Below are positions 9,516 to 19,823 of a stretch of DNA of 52,696 nt, one piece after another (within the stretch, counting starts at the first letter, position 1; the number at the start of each line of letters is the position of its first letter). A model generated the notes under the pieces. That model saw nothing but the letters and a program-made list of their open reading frames with translations. It was not told the origin of the DNA and ran no database searches. Where the stretch lies: NCBI GenBank assembly GCA_046075565.1, contig JBJTQJ010000037.1:1-52696 (forward strand), in the 5' to 3' direction. The stretch is from Verrucomicrobiales bacterium (GTDB lineage Bacteria; Verrucomicrobiota; Verrucomicrobiia; Verrucomicrobiales; SLCJ01). Position numbers and translations under genes: made by a program.

Positions 9516-10115
9516 TTATTCCACCCAGACTGGCGTGCCGAGGGGCGCGTTTTCCCAAAACTTCATTGCCATCTTCTCGGGCATGCGGATGCAGCCGTGG
9601 GAGGCCGCGTATCCGGGCAGGAATCCGACGTGCATTCCCACGCCGCCGTGGATCCGCATAAAGTAGGGCATGGGAGCACCGACAAATCGTCCTCCGGGTG
9701 GCACAGGGTCTTTCTTGATATCGGCATCCTTGTTGATGACGGTGCCACTCGCATCGAGGATCTCCCCGTAGAGGTTCGAGTGGTGGTCCTTGTTTTTCTG
9801 GATGATTTTGAACTTGCCCGAGGGCGACTCGAAGTTCTCGCGTCCGCTGGCAATCATCGAGACTCCGGCGAGGGTGCCGCCCTTGAAGAAATAGGCTTTT
9901 TGTTCGGACAAACGGATGTGGATGGAAGGGGCGCCGCTCATGCCATCACCGTCCCAGTAGGAAACTTTGTCGATTCCGAGCGGGTCGGACTGCACCGGGC
10001 CGGTCCCAACCCCTTGCAGATACATCGCGCTGGCCGTTTGGGGGGACATCGTGGTCAAACAGGAGGAGCCGGTGAGGGCGACAGCAATGGCAAAGGCTCG
10101 GAGCAGGATTTTCAT
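9516..10115 (-). CDS. L,D-transpeptidase (YkuD) family protein, probable lipoprotein
   Basis: MPYFMRI..GMHVG..ASHGCIRM catalytic motif; signal/lipobox MKILL..GSSC. Confidence 0.9.
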   Translation of the reverse strand: MKILLRAFAIAVALTGSSCLTTMSPQTASAMYLQGVGTGPVQSDPLGIDKVSYWDGDGMSGAPSIHIRLSEQKAYFFKGGTLAGVSMIASGRENFESPSGKFKIIQKNKDHHSNLYGEILDASGTVINKDADIKKDPVPPGGRFVGAPMPYFMRIHGGVGMHVGFLPGYAASHGCIRMPEKMAMKFWENAPLGTPVWVE

Positions 10116-10236
10116 GGACGGGAATGGTGGGGATTTTACCTGATTTTCGGGCAGGGTCAAGGCGCGGCGGCGCTTGCATGGACTAAAAGAGGGCGGTATA
10201 GTCGCCGCCACGGTTTCCACCCCCCATTCCATCGCC

Positions 10237-10524
10237 ATGCCCAACTACGATTACTCGTGCGCCAAGTGCGGGAAAACCTTCGAGGTTTTCCAATCCATGA
10301 AAGATCCCCGGCTGGAATCCTGCCCGGACGAAACCTGCGGCGGCGCGGTGCGGCGGTTGCTCGGCACCGGCGCTGGCATCATTTTCAAGGGTTCCGGCTT
10401 CTACGCCACCGACTACCGAAGCTCGACCTACAAGGAATCGGCGAAAAAAGACGCGCCCTCGGCGCCGGCCGAATCCAAACCTTCCTCGTCCTGCTGTTCC
10501 GGCGGGTCCTGCTCCTCGAACTGA
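10237..10524 (+). CDS. FmdB family zinc-ribbon protein
   Basis: MPNYDYSCAKCG...CPDETCGG...IIFKGSGFYATDY. Confidence 0.92.
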   Translation: MPNYDYSCAKCGKTFEVFQSMKDPRLESCPDETCGGAVRRLLGTGAGIIFKGSGFYATDYRSSTYKESAKKDAPSAPAESKPSSSCCSGGSCSSN

Positions 10525-10548
10525 AGCCAACCGAGGAAATCCAAATCC

Positions 10549-11265
10549 ATGAGTTCTCCCGTCCGCCGTGGACCCGTGCTGCCAGCGAAGCCGGTCGGCA
10601 AACCAAGTGCTCCCGTCAGCTCCGGCAATACCGGAGGAAGGCCTCCCTCCTCGCCCCGTCCGGTCCCGGCGTCTTCTGGCTCCGGCGGCGGAGGTCTGAG
10701 CCTCGTCCTGTTGCTCCTGATGCTCGCTGGCTTGGGTCTTTGTTACACCCTCGCCTTCACCAGTGACGCGTGCGATGCCAAGATTCCCGCATCCGGGACA
10801 TCGGTTCCGAATCTAAAGAACCTGCTTGCCGTCGGCTTGAGCAGCGGTCAACACCTGACGATCACCGAGCCGGAGATCAACGGCTATCTCGCCGCGACAT
10901 TGAAAGCCCGCCAGGGCGGCCCTTTGGCCGAGCGAGCGCCTCTGCGCCGCGTGGCCGTGCGTTTGCGTGACGGGGATTTGCATCTCGTGATGGTGCGCCA
11001 GGTCTTCGGACGCGAGCACTGCGTGACCGTGCGCCTTACTCCTTCCCAGATCGTCTCGGGTGGCGACCGCGTGTGGAACGTCCAACCTAGCGGGGGCAGC
11101 ATTGGCAAACTTCCCGTGGCAGGCGGTCTCCTCGCCCTCGTGCTGGCTCCGGTGAACCAACTAGCCGCCATTTACCGGGATGAATTGAAGATCCTCCGGC
11201 ATGCATCTTCGGTCCGGGTCGAGAGCGGGCGAGTCTTACTCGGACCGGTCGTCGTGAAACAATGA
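10549..11265 (+). CDS. Hypothetical membrane-anchored protein
   Basis: Pro/Ser-rich N-terminus, single TM (LSLVLLLLMLAGLGL), ITEPEINGYLAA segment; ATGA overlap with next gene. Confidence 0.75.
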   Translation: MSSPVRRGPVLPAKPVGKPSAPVSSGNTGGRPPSSPRPVPASSGSGGGGLSLVLLLLMLAGLGLCYTLAFTSDACDAKIPASGTSVPNLKNLLAVGLSSGQHLTITEPEINGYLAATLKARQGGPLAERAPLRRVAVRLRDGDLHLVMVRQVFGREHCVTVRLTPSQIVSGGDRVWNVQPSGGSIGKLPVAGGLLALVLAPVNQLAAIYRDELKILRHASSVRVESGRVLLGPVVVKQ

Positions 11266-12662
11266 ACTCGAGAACCACTGGCCGTGGCCTTTTGCTGGTC
11301 CTTCTGTCGGGCCTTGTCATGGTTTGTTCCTGCTCCGCTCAGGTCGTGGCATCGCCTCCGCGCGTTGAACCTCCCGCGCCACCCATCGAAGCAACCGGAG
11401 GTGAAGCGCCGGTGATCCCCGACAGCGGTATCACCCAAACAGCCTCCGGACGATTCCGTATCCTCGGGGGAAATGCCGCCACCCGGCGCGTCTTCGCGAC
11501 CCAAGCTGAGGAAAACCAGGCGGGATACGCCCGATTGTTGGAAGGAAATGCCGGGAAAGGAGCTCCCATCACCATCCAACTCCACGACCCCGCCGTGGTT
11601 TCGCCGCTTTATGCTTCCGTGCGCGAGTCGCTCGAAAGTGTGGGCGAAACCTTCCGCGCGGTTATCCACATCCGTCTTGATGCGGGAGCGACGCCCGAGG
11701 CTTGCCGCTCGGCGGTGATCCGTTGTCTTCTCGCCGGCGACATCTTGCAAGGGCGCCGCCCGTCGGAAGTGCGCGCCGGCAATCTCGTGCCCGCGTGGTT
11801 GCACCGAGGCGTGATGGCCGCCCTCGACTATCGTGAGCAAGGCGGTCGCTCACCCGTCGCGGCCACGGTTTTCGCCCGCGGCCGCGCCTTTCCCGTGGAA
11901 AAGCTGCTCAAGGAAAGTCCCGAAGGTATGACCGCGGCCGGACTTGCTGCTTATGATGCCTCCGCTTGCGGACTGTTACTCACCTTGCTCGAGTTGGATA
12001 AAGGAGGAGGGCGATTCCGCCGCTTGCTCGCCGATTTCGCATCCTTCGATGCGGAGGCCGCCACACAAATCCGCCACCATTTCCAGGAGATGGCGGAATC
12101 CGATCGCGCTCTGGAAAAATGGTGGGCGTTGCAAGTCGCGCAAATGGCGCGGCCCGGGGCCATGGACTTTCTCAGTGCCGGCGAATCCGAACGATTGCTC
12201 GGCCGCGCTCTCCTAACAGAATTGACGCCTACGGGAAAAACGAAAGCCGAAACCGTCGTGCTTGGATTGCCCGACATGATCGCACTTTCCGATAAGAACG
12301 AACGGCTGCGTGTTCTGCGCCAAACCTGGCTGGCCGTGCGGGCTCTCGGCCCGCGCGTGCATCCGGTTTTCCGTGCGGTGGTCGAAGCCCATCGGGTATT
12401 GATCGAGGATGCCATGGGCGGCAAAACGAAGGAACTGCCCGAACGATTGGCCCGGCTTGACGAGGAACGCGCCACCCTTGCCGCCCGGCTCGATGCCATC
12501 GATGACTACCTCAACTGGTGGGAAGTCACCAAGGGCCGCGGCGAGACGGCCGACCTCAAAGGTTACCGCGAGGCCATGAAAGCCAGACCTGCTGCCACCC
12601 GGCAGGACGACCCCATTGGCGATTACCTCGATGGGGCGGCCCGTCTTCTCGAAAAACCTTGA
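11262..12662 (+). CDS. Hypothetical exported protein, possible degenerate peptidase-MA-like domain
   Basis: Signal peptide, PAWLHRGV motif, long ORF in operon with pdxJ. Confidence 0.7.
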   Translation: MNSRTTGRGLLLVLLSGLVMVCSCSAQVVASPPRVEPPAPPIEATGGEAPVIPDSGITQTASGRFRILGGNAATRRVFATQAEENQAGYARLLEGNAGKGAPITIQLHDPAVVSPLYASVRESLESVGETFRAVIHIRLDAGATPEACRSAVIRCLLAGDILQGRRPSEVRAGNLVPAWLHRGVMAALDYREQGGRSPVAATVFARGRAFPVEKLLKESPEGMTAAGLAAYDASACGLLLTLLELDKGGGRFRRLLADFASFDAEAATQIRHHFQEMAESDRALEKWWALQVAQMARPGAMDFLSAGESERLLGRALLTELTPTGKTKAETVVLGLPDMIALSDKNERLRVLRQTWLAVRALGPRVHPVFRAVVEAHRVLIEDAMGGKTKELPERLARLDEERATLAARLDAIDDYLNWWEVTKGRGETADLKGYREAMKARPAATRQDDPIGDYLDGAARLLEKP

Positions 12663-12673
12663 TTACACGAAAC

Positions 12674-13417
12674 ATGATTCAACTCGGCGTAAACATCGAT
12701 CACGTCGCCACCCTGCGGCAAGCGCGTTATGCGCGCGACCCGGAAAACTTCAATCGCGAGCCATCGATTCTCGAGGCCGCCGAGGCTTCCATCGCGGGAG
12801 GCGCCGACTCCATCACCGTGCACCCGCGTGCCGATGGCAGGCACATGCAGGTGGCTGACGTCCGTTTGTTACGCGCCCGCCTTGCCGTCCCGCTCAACAT
12901 GGAAATGGGAGCCACCGAAGCCATGCTCCGGCTCGCCCTTGAAGAACGCCCCGCTTTCGTCTGCATTGTGCCTGAGACCCGCGAAGAAGTGACCACCGAA
13001 GGAGGACTCGACGCCGTGGCCGCGCGCGATATTCTCGCGGAAATGATCCCGGAGCTTCAAGGCGCCGGAATCAAAGTGAGCCTATTCATCGATCCCGTGC
13101 CTGCACAAGTCGAAGTGGCGGCCGCTTTGAAGGCCGACATGATTGAACTGCACACCGGGTGTTTCGCCAATGCCAGGGGAGGGGAACGCGCTGCCGAAGT
13201 CGCGCGTCTCGCCGACTCCGCGCGACTCGCCCATGGGGCGGGGTTGCAGGTGAATGCCGGCCATGGGATTACTCTGGCCAACCTGCCGGATCTTTTCGCC
13301 ATTCCGCACCTGGCGGAACTCAATATCGGGCACTCCATCGTGTCGCGTGCCGTTTTCATCGGAATCACCGCCGCCGTCGCGGAAATGCGCGCGGCCATGA
13401 ATGTTTACCGCGGATGA
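12674..13417 (+). CDS. pdxJ: Pyridoxine 5'-phosphate synthase
   Basis: LGVNIDHVATLRQAR, TTEGGLD, VSLFIDP, IELHTG, NAGHG, ELNIGHSI. Confidence 0.97.
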   Translation: MIQLGVNIDHVATLRQARYARDPENFNREPSILEAAEASIAGGADSITVHPRADGRHMQVADVRLLRARLAVPLNMEMGATEAMLRLALEERPAFVCIVPETREEVTTEGGLDAVAARDILAEMIPELQGAGIKVSLFIDPVPAQVEVAAALKADMIELHTGCFANARGGERAAEVARLADSARLAHGAGLQVNAGHGITLANLPDLFAIPHLAELNIGHSIVSRAVFIGITAAVAEMRAAMNVYRG

Positions 13418-13806
13418 CTCCCGAATTTCCGATTGGACTCGGCGTGGATATCGTCGAATGCGAGCGCATCCGCCGGATTGTCGAACGCGGTGATAAGGCC
13501 TTTTTGAACCGCGTCTTTACAGAAAACGAACGAGCGTATTGCGCCCGCATGGCCTATCCCGCTCCGCACTATGCGGCCCGGTTTGCCGCCAAGGAAGCCG
13601 TCGCCAAAGCCCTCGGCACCGGCATCGGTGCTTCGGCCGCTCTCGCGGAAATTGAGGTCGTGCGCGCCCCGAACGGTGCCCCCGGCATCCAACTCCACGG
13701 CACCGCCGCCGCCACCGCCGCCCGCCTCGGCCTCGCCGGTTTCCGGATTTCCCTCAGCCACACCAAGGATCTCGCCATTGCCATCGTCCAAGGTGTGGAG
13801 ATTTAG
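13414..13806 (+). CDS. acpS: Holo-[acyl-carrier-protein] synthase
   Basis: GLGVDIVE, ARFAAKEAVAKALGTG, ISLSH; ATGA overlap with pdxJ. Confidence 0.96.
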   Translation: MTPEFPIGLGVDIVECERIRRIVERGDKAFLNRVFTENERAYCARMAYPAPHYAARFAAKEAVAKALGTGIGASAALAEIEVVRAPNGAPGIQLHGTAAATAARLGLAGFRISLSHTKDLAIAIVQGVEI

Positions 13807-13822
13807 CCTGCCTGTCCCGCAG

Positions 13823-14102
13823 GGGGGCAGGATAAAAAAGTCAGCGTGCTTTTTCATCTCCGTGCCTTTGTTTGGCTGACATTCCTGCCAGCTATCTCGC
13901 AGGGGTTCCCAAATCCCGAAGGGATTGTGTCCCGGAGCCCGGGGTTGCCCCGCTTGCGAGGCTACCCCGGGCTTTGGGGCGGAACCCCGTTGGGGTTCGA
14001 TTATGCCTGCTTCAGCTCCATCGAACGCACCGACGGGCAACGGACCAAGACAATAAAAATCCACCCGATTTCCAGAAGACCCGACTTTTTTGTCCTGCAC
14101 CC
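13823..14102. mobile_element. MITE-like non-autonomous element, 280 bp, 20-bp TIRs, 8-bp TSD
   Basis: TIR-L GGGGGCAGGATAAAAAAGTC (13823-13842); TIR-R GACTTTTTTGTCCTGCACCC (14083-14102; 2 mismatches); direct repeat TCCCGCAG at 13815-13822 and 14103-14110. Confidence 0.75.
13910..13998. repeat. REP-like multi-hairpin element nested in the MITE
   Basis: AATCCCGAAGGGATT, CCCGGGGTTGCC..GGCTACCCCGGG and AACCCCGTTGGGGTT palindromes. Confidence 0.65.
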
Positions 14103-14174
14103 TCCCGCAGGGGTCGCCGAATTTTCTTTTTCCCTTCCCCGGCGGGTGCTAAAGTCCGGGAAAATGCCACCACC

Positions 14175-15077
14175 ATGAATCATTCGAATTCTTCTCGCCG
14201 CCAATTCCTCCGCACCGCCGCCGCCGGGGCCGTGGCCGCCTTATGGTCAACACCGGGCCACGCGGCGGAGGCTGTGCCACAAGTGAAATTGGGTGCTGAT
14301 TTGCGGGTGCCCCTGCTCGGTATGGGCACAGGTGTGAAGGCGAGCAACCGTAGCAATGCATTAACGCGCTCCGGTGAAAAGAATTTCCAGGATACCGTGC
14401 GCCGGGCCTATGATGAGGGCGTGCGCTTGTTCGACTGCGCCGATTCCTACGGCAGCTTGCCCATGGTCGCGAAAGCGCTGGCCGACAAACCTCGGGAAAG
14501 TTTTGTGCTCGTGACGAAGATCTGGTGTCATCCGAAAGGAGGCATCCCGCAAGAGGAATCCCGCGATGATAGCATGGCGGTGATCGAACGATCCCTGCGC
14601 GAGGCCGGTAGTGGTTACATCGATATCGTGCAACTCCACTGCCAGACCGCTGCCGATTGGACCACCACCTATCGCAAACACATGGATGCGCTGGAGAAGG
14701 CCAAGGAGAAAGGCGTGATCAAAGCCCATGGTTGTTCTTGTCACAGCTTGCAGGCCCTTGAAGCGGCCGCCGCAGATCCGTGGGTTGATATCGTGCATTC
14801 GAGGATCAATCCCTGGGGAGTGAAGATGGATGGCCCCGCCGATGTCGTCGTGCCCGTGTTGAAAAAAATCCACGCGGCCGGCAAAGGGATCATCGGGATG
14901 AAACTCATCGGCGAAGGAACCTTCCGGGATGATCCTGCCAAAATCGACGAGTCGCTGCGTTTCGTGCTCGAGCTCGGATGTGTGGATGCGCTCATCGTGG
15001 GATTTGAGAAGCCCGAGGAGATCGTCGACTACAAGGGACGTCTCGTCAGGGCCCTCGAGGCGCGGGCCAAATCCTGA
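14175..15077 (+). CDS. Aldo/keto reductase with Tat signal
   Basis: SRRQFL twin-arginine motif; LGMGTG, FDCADSYG, VTK, YIDIVQLHC AKR motifs. Confidence 0.9.
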   Translation: MNHSNSSRRQFLRTAAAGAVAALWSTPGHAAEAVPQVKLGADLRVPLLGMGTGVKASNRSNALTRSGEKNFQDTVRRAYDEGVRLFDCADSYGSLPMVAKALADKPRESFVLVTKIWCHPKGGIPQEESRDDSMAVIERSLREAGSGYIDIVQLHCQTAADWTTTYRKHMDALEKAKEKGVIKAHGCSCHSLQALEAAAADPWVDIVHSRINPWGVKMDGPADVVVPVLKKIHAAGKGIIGMKLIGEGTFRDDPAKIDESLRFVLELGCVDALIVGFEKPEEIVDYKGRLVRALEARAKS

Positions 15078-15085
15078 TACGCGCC

Positions 15086-15646
15086 ATGATTGAACCGAAT
15101 CCACCGGATGATTCTCCCGCAGGTCCAATCATCGACCTCAAGAGCGACGAGTTTTTCATGGACATGGCCCTGCGCGAGGCGAGAAAGGCCTATGCCCACG
15201 GCGAGGTGCCCATCGGGGCCGTGATCGTGGACAAGAATTTCCATGTCATCGCCCGGGCATTCAATCAGGTCGAAACACTGAAGGATGCCACCGCCCACGC
15301 GGAGATGCTTGCGCTTACCCAGGCTGAGGCCGCGTTGGGCGATTGGCGGCTCGACGACTGCACGCTCTACGTCACCAAAGAACCATGTCCGATGTGCGCG
15401 GGGGCCATCGTCCACTGCCGACCGGCGCGCGTGGTTTTCGCCCTTCCAGATCCGAAAGGCGGTGCTGCCGGAGGGTGGATCAATTTGCTCGACACACCCA
15501 ATCTCAACCACCGCTGCCCGACCACATCGGGAGTGCGCGAGGATGACGCCCGCGCTCTGATCCAGAGCTTTTTCAGGGAAGCCCGCGAAAAGAAGAAAGC
15601 TGGCGAGGAGAGATACCGGCCGGATGAACGGGAGGCAGAAAGCTAG
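15086..15646 (+). CDS. tadA: tRNA adenosine(34) deaminase
   Basis: GEVPIGAV, TAHAEM, TKEPCPMCAGA zinc motifs. Confidence 0.92.
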   Translation: MIEPNPPDDSPAGPIIDLKSDEFFMDMALREARKAYAHGEVPIGAVIVDKNFHVIARAFNQVETLKDATAHAEMLALTQAEAALGDWRLDDCTLYVTKEPCPMCAGAIVHCRPARVVFALPDPKGGAAGGWINLLDTPNLNHRCPTTSGVREDDARALIQSFFREAREKKKAGEERYRPDEREAES

Positions 15647-17025
15647 CCCGGAAGCATTTTCCCGGGATTGAGGATGCCCTTGGGATCCATGGCATTCTTG
15701 ATGGCGGAGTGCAGGGCGATGGAGGCGGGGCCGAGTGCATCCTCGATCCATTTCAATTTGGCCAAGCCCACTCCGTGTTCGCCAGTGATTGCCCCTTTGT
15801 TCGCGAGCACCCAGCGGAATAACCGGTCCACGGCATCGTCGGCTTTGACCCGTGAATCGGGATTCGCGTAATCGGCGACCATGACATTGGCGTGGATGTT
15901 TCCATCGCCGGCGTGGCCAAAACAAGCAACGGGGATTCCGGTTTCAGTCTCAAGTTCCCGGCAGAAGCGCACCAGTTCGACCAGACGGGAGCGGGGAACC
16001 ACGATATCCTCGTTGAGTTTAGTCATGCCGGTGGCGCGAAGGCCATTGGAGAACTCGCGGCGCAATTTCCAGATCCGTTCGCAGCCGTCCTCGTCGTCGG
16101 CCAGATTGATCGCCATGGCCCCGTGGAAAAGTAGGATTTCCCGCAAGGCGGCGAGTTCCTCGGCCACGGCGGCGGGACGACCATCGGTCTCCACGATCAA
16201 ATGGGCGTCGCCTTCGGGCAGTGAATCGGCTCCGAGCAGGGCGCGGGCGGCGCGCAGGGTAAAGCCGTCGGTGATCTCGAGGGCAGAGGGCAAATGACCG
16301 GCCCCGAGGATGCCCTGGACGCACGCGGCGGCGGATTCAAAATCGGGAAATACGGCCGCGAGCATGCCGCGCGCGGGAGGATGAGGAATCAAGCGCAAGG
16401 TCGCTTCGGTGATCACGCCTAACAAGCCTTCGCTACCAGTAAAAAGTGCCGTCAAATCGAAGCCTGTCTTGTTCTTGTGCACGCGGCCCCCGGTGCGGGT
16501 GACCGTGCCATCGGCGAGCACGACTTCGAGACCAAGAACATAATGCCGCGTGACGCCATATTTCAGGCAACGCGGACCACCGGCATTGGTGGCGATATTA
16601 CCCCCGATGGAGGAGTCTTTTAGCGAGGCCGGGTCGGGAGGATAATACCAGCCCAATTCGCGGGCCGCATCTCCGATGGCCTTGGTGATCACACCCGGTT
16701 GCACTACGGCCGCGCCATCGGCGGGATTGATTTCCAGAATCTTGTTCATTCGGGCCACGGAAAGCACGATGCCGCCCCGGATGGGAACACAACCACCGAC
16801 GTAACCGATACCCGCGCCACGGGTGGTCACGGGCACATTGTTTTGGTTGGCGAAAGCGAGCGTCGCCGAAACATCCTCGGTTGTCTCCACAAAAACCACG
16901 ATCTCAGGCTGCGCGCTCATGTTCCACTTGTCGGTGCCGTGCTCGGCCAGAACGGTCTCGTCACGCGAGACCTTGCCCGTGCCCAACAGTCCTGCCAGCG
17001 AGACAAACATTTCTTCCGTCGTCAT
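15643..17025 (-). CDS. FAD-binding oxidoreductase, GlcD/D-lactate dehydrogenase-like
   Basis: YPPDPAS, GGNIATNAGG..LKYGVT, GSEGLLG, FGHAGDGNIH, ITGEHGVG, DPKGILNPGK. Confidence 0.92.
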   Translation of the reverse strand: MTTEEMFVSLAGLLGTGKVSRDETVLAEHGTDKWNMSAQPEIVVFVETTEDVSATLAFANQNNVPVTTRGAGIGYVGGCVPIRGGIVLSVARMNKILEINPADGAAVVQPGVITKAIGDAARELGWYYPPDPASLKDSSIGGNIATNAGGPRCLKYGVTRHYVLGLEVVLADGTVTRTGGRVHKNKTGFDLTALFTGSEGLLGVITEATLRLIPHPPARGMLAAVFPDFESAAACVQGILGAGHLPSALEITDGFTLRAARALLGADSLPEGDAHLIVETDGRPAAVAEELAALREILLFHGAMAINLADDEDGCERIWKLRREFSNGLRATGMTKLNEDIVVPRSRLVELVRFCRELETETGIPVACFGHAGDGNIHANVMVADYANPDSRVKADDAVDRLFRWVLANKGAITGEHGVGLAKLKWIEDALGPASIALHSAIKNAMDPKGILNPGKMLPG

Positions 17026-17078
17026 ATCCCGGAAGAAAAGCCCGATCCACGTCTCCGCCAAATGGAAAATGCGGGCAT

Positions 17079-18485
17079 CTACTGGCCGCTCGGCTTGGCG
17101 CCTTTTTCCCTGGCTTTATCCAGCGGCCAGTCGGGATGGGAGGTCCGTTCAGAGGCCATATAAGCCACGGCCTTTTTCACGACTTCGGACTGGGATTCGG
17201 ACACATCGTTGGATTCACCGGGATCCTTCTCGAGATCGTAGAGTTCAACCTTGGCGGTCGGTCCGTTTTTGACAGCTTTCCATTTTCCGAAGCGAACGGC
17301 TTGGATCGGTTTGCCCTCGTGGAGTTCCCAATAGAAGACATCACGTTTCGGGGCAGGACCGCCGCGCAGAAATTCGACCAAGGAATGGCCATCGAATTTC
17401 CCTTTTGCCGGTAGCTCCGCGCCGGCCAATTCGGTGGCGGTTGGGAGAAAGTCCCAGAATGCCCATGGGTCATCGCGGGTCACTCCAGCGGGAATGACGC
17501 CCGGCCAGCGGGCCAGAGATGCCTGACGGAGCGCTCCCTCGTAAAGGCTACGTTTGAATCCCCTTAGGCCATTCGATGCCTGATTGAAGAGTTTCCCAAA
17601 TTCCGAATCCGGAGAGTAGGACGAGCCATTGTCGCCGGAGATCATGACCAGAGTGCGGTCATCGATGCCGAGTTCTTTTAGCAAATCGAGAAGTCGTCCG
17701 ACATCGGTGTCGAGTCTCGTTACCATGGCGGCATAGGTCTTTTGTCCATTGGTCCATGGCTTGTCCTTGTAAATCCCGAGATCGTCGATCTCGTTGCGGG
17801 CGTGCGGCAAAGTGATGGCGTAATACAGGAAAAACGGCTTGTCTTTCTGCTGGCGCACCCAGGCGAGGGTCTCGTCGGCGATGAGATTCTGGGCGTAGGT
17901 TTTGCCGATGCCTTTGCCATCATTTCCTGGCAGTTCGACTTTCTCCTCGTTCCGATAGAGGTGGGTTGGAAAATACGAGTGGGCATGGCGCTGGCAGTTG
18001 TATCCGAAGAAGAAGTCAAAGCCCTGCTTGAGGGGACTGCCGGTTGTATCAAACATGCCCATGCCCCACTTGCCGGTGCAGGCGGTGGCGTAGCCTTGTT
18101 TTTTGAGGATTTCCGAAACGAGAATCTGATTCTCCGGTAGTGGATACTGGCCCTCACCGGAAGCGATTTCCCAATTGGCACGGATTGGTGAATGCCCGCT
18201 GTGTTGTCCGGTCATGAGTGAGGCTCGGCTGGGAGCACACACGGTCGTTCCACAATAGGCCTCTGTGAACTTCATGCCTTCGGCGGCCATCCGGTCCAAG
18301 CGCGGGGTTTTGATCAACTTCTGTCCGTAACAGCCGAGGTCGCCCTGTGCGAGGTCGTCGCTGAGGATGAAGATGATATTCGGCTTCTGTGGTAGCGGGG
18401 GAGCGGCAGGCAATTGCGTGATGATGGCCAATCCACAGATGGCCGTTATCCATGGGAGGGGCGCGAATCGGAGCATCGAAGTCAT
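17079..18485 (-). CDS. Arylsulfatase (S1 family)
   Basis: [21 protein letters not shown] formylglycine motif, GKWG, DNG, ELYDL..DPGE. Confidence 0.94.
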   Translation of the reverse strand: MTSMLRFAPLPWITAICGLAIITQLPAAPPLPQKPNIIFILSDDLAQGDLGCYGQKLIKTPRLDRMAAEGMKFTEAYCGTTVCAPSRASLMTGQHSGHSPIRANWEIASGEGQYPLPENQILVSEILKKQGYATACTGKWGMGMFDTTGSPLKQGFDFFFGYNCQRHAHSYFPTHLYRNEEKVELPGNDGKGIGKTYAQNLIADETLAWVRQQKDKPFFLYYAITLPHARNEIDDLGIYKDKPWTNGQKTYAAMVTRLDTDVGRLLDLLKELGIDDRTLVMISGDNGSSYSPDSEFGKLFNQASNGLRGFKRSLYEGALRQASLARWPGVIPAGVTRDDPWAFWDFLPTATELAGAELPAKGKFDGHSLVEFLRGGPAPKRDVFYWELHEGKPIQAVRFGKWKAVKNGPTAKVELYDLEKDPGESNDVSESQSEVVKKAVAYMASERTSHPDWPLDKAREKGAKPSGQ

Positions 18486-18555
18486 CGGGAATAGACGTGG
18501 CTTCGCCGGGTTATCTTTCTCGTGATGCGTCTTCCGGCGGGGAAATCGGCCGGCC

Positions 18556-19659
18556 TTACTGTTCGAGTTCCGTGCGCAAGGCGGAGTAGCCGGGTTTGAT
18601 GACATTGTAAATGATCGAGCAGCGCCGTTTGTAGGGGATGAAGGCGGACTTGATCGCGTTGATGGTGAGTTTCTCGAGATCGTCGAGGGTCAGTCCCCAG
18701 GTATCGACGGCGGCCATCATTTCACGGGTCATGGTCGTGTTGGACATGAGCCGGTTGTCCGTGTTCAGGCAGAGTCGGAACTTGTAGCGCCAGAGCAAGG
18801 GAAATGGGTGCGCTTCAAGCGATGGCGAGGCGCCGGTTTGCAGGTTTGAAAGCAGGCAGATCTCAATGGGAATCCGTTTGTCGAGGACATACTGGGCGAG
18901 TGACCCCATGTCCACCAGACGTCCGGTGGCATCAATGGCCAGGTCGTCCATGAGTCGCACGGCGTGTCCGATGCGGTGCGCGCCACACCATTGGATGGCT
19001 TGCCAAATCGAGTCCTTACCGAATGCCTCACCGGCGTGGATGGTGATGCTGAAGTTCGCCCGCTGAACGTAGTGGAAGGCATCCACATGCCGTTTCGGGG
19101 GATGTCCGGATTCGTCTCCGGCGAGGTCAAAGCCCACAATCCCGCGGTCCCGGTAGGCCACGGCCAACTCCGCCATTTCCAGCGAGGTCGCCGGGTCCAT
19201 GTTCCGCATCGCACAGACGATGATACCCCACTGGACAGCGGTTTCTTTTTCGCCCTCGGCGCAACCGGCGAGCACGGAGTTCATCACATCCTCCAGCGTC
19301 AAGCCACGGGCCGTGTGGAAACCGGGATGGAAGCGCAATTCGATGTAGGCAATGTTTTCGGCGGCCGCATCGAGAATCGCTTCCTTGGCGACACGATGAA
19401 GAGCGGCACGGCTCTGCATGACGGCAATGGTGGTGCCGAAACCTTCAAGGTAAAGTGGCAAACTCCCACGGTTGGCCCCACGGTGGAACCAAGCTGCCAA
19501 CTCCTCCGGACCGGAAGCGGGGAGGTCCACACCAGCTTTTTCCGCCAATTCAATCACTGTTTGTGGGCGTAATCCGCCGTCGAGGTGTTCATGCAGGAGG
19601 ACCTTCGGGACCCGGCGGACAATCTCTTCGGCGAGTGGCGGGGTATCAATTCTTGCCAT
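18556..19659 (-). CDS. add: Adenosine deaminase
   Basis: [36 protein letters not shown]; start at MARIDT. Confidence 0.93.
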   Translation of the reverse strand: MARIDTPPLAEEIVRRVPKVLLHEHLDGGLRPQTVIELAEKAGVDLPASGPEELAAWFHRGANRGSLPLYLEGFGTTIAVMQSRAALHRVAKEAILDAAAENIAYIELRFHPGFHTARGLTLEDVMNSVLAGCAEGEKETAVQWGIIVCAMRNMDPATSLEMAELAVAYRDRGIVGFDLAGDESGHPPKRHVDAFHYVQRANFSITIHAGEAFGKDSIWQAIQWCGAHRIGHAVRLMDDLAIDATGRLVDMGSLAQYVLDKRIPIEICLLSNLQTGASPSLEAHPFPLLWRYKFRLCLNTDNRLMSNTTMTREMMAAVDTWGLTLDDLEKLTINAIKSAFIPYKRRCSIIYNVIKPGYSALRTELEQ

Positions 19660-19823
19660 GCTGCAAGGATGGAGGACCGGATGCGGGTCCGTCAAGCGAT
19701 GATCGGTGATAGGAGGTGGGTTTTGCCTGCTTTTCGAGGACGAACTTGTGGCTTGAAACATAATCTTTTCGGGAGTAGGTAGGCTGATGGCCTTTTTCCG
19801 CCCATGTAAAGGTGAGAATCCCC

